Below, piece by piece: positions 63,744 through 64,000 of a DNA stretch of 64,000 nucleotides (position 1 is the stretch's first letter; the number at the start of each line of letters is the position of its first letter). Made by a program: the position numbers and the translations under genes. The notes below the pieces were generated by a model, which made no database searches, was not told where the DNA came from, and worked only from the letters and a program-made list of their open reading frames with translations. This stretch comes from Tolypothrix carrinoi HA7290-LM1 (GTDB lineage Bacteria; Cyanobacteriota; Cyanobacteriia; Cyanobacteriales; Nostocaceae): assembly GCA_019358935.1 (NCBI GenBank), contig JAHHIK010000021.1:1-64000 (forward strand), given 5' to 3'.

Positions 63744-64000
63744 CTTCCCACCCAGGTTCGCTGGAGTTTCTAGAGGGGTTTGTGGTAGATTTGGCATTTC
63801 TGGTTGCAAGGTGGGCTGTTGTTCAACTGAAATTGGTACATCCCCAGGATTGCTTTGTGTTTCAGTTGCTCCCGTTTCGGGTTGATTTGATGTTTCTTGA
63901 TTGTTAATAGAAGTTGGTGTTTCCGAGGGAGTTGAGGTTTGAGTAACTTCAGGTTGGGTTTTCTTTTGGGCAATTTGCAGCATTAGTTGCTCAACTTTAT
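63738..64000 (-). CDS. 3' end of a gene running off the window (P/Q/T/E-rich tail)
   Basis: Frame is open to the window edge (KVEQLMLQIAQKK...). Confidence 0.6.
   Translation of the reverse strand, partial: KVEQLMLQIAQKKTQPEVTQTSTPSETPTSINNQETSNQPETGATETQSNPGDVPISVEQQPTLQPEMPNLPQTPLETPANLGGKG

Overview
Chromosomal window from a heterocyst-forming (Nostocales-type) cyanobacterium. The assignment rests on abundant HIP1 octamers (GCGATCGC), heptamer STRR arrays, SDR/REP-like repeats and cyanobacterial genes (hpf/lrtA, bgtB, tocopherol genes, ktrAB). Positions 1-18 kb hold a stress/desiccation-type island in which many genes are broken: a cphB fragment, crp, DUF72, DoxX, a hemerythrin-like gene, ubiG-like, isoaspartyl peptidase, hflX, galE and a glcP fragment. 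ATP-grasp, PhyH, GH1-RmlD and GT-glf genes there remain intact. Positions 18-64 kb are mostly intact housekeeping genes (purH, coaBC, lipB, menG, tldD, coaE, hemD, cobA, hpt, vte4, ktrBA), with a GH3 pseudogene, a TetR regulon and a decayed integrative element inside a thioesterase gene. The strongest unannotated signal is a 196-bp non-coding mobile element present in two apparently identical copies. It inserts 3' of TTAT, ends in TTCAA, makes no target duplication (IS200/IS605-like behaviour) and has arms built from heptamer repeats. Other signals are HIP1-targeted micro-insertions, nested small repeats, a shared candidate activator site at several stress promoters, and a probable gene-within-gene antitoxin in an Rpn nuclease. 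No rRNA, tRNA or CRISPR array was recognised. Product calls come from motif recognition by eye; no database searches were run.
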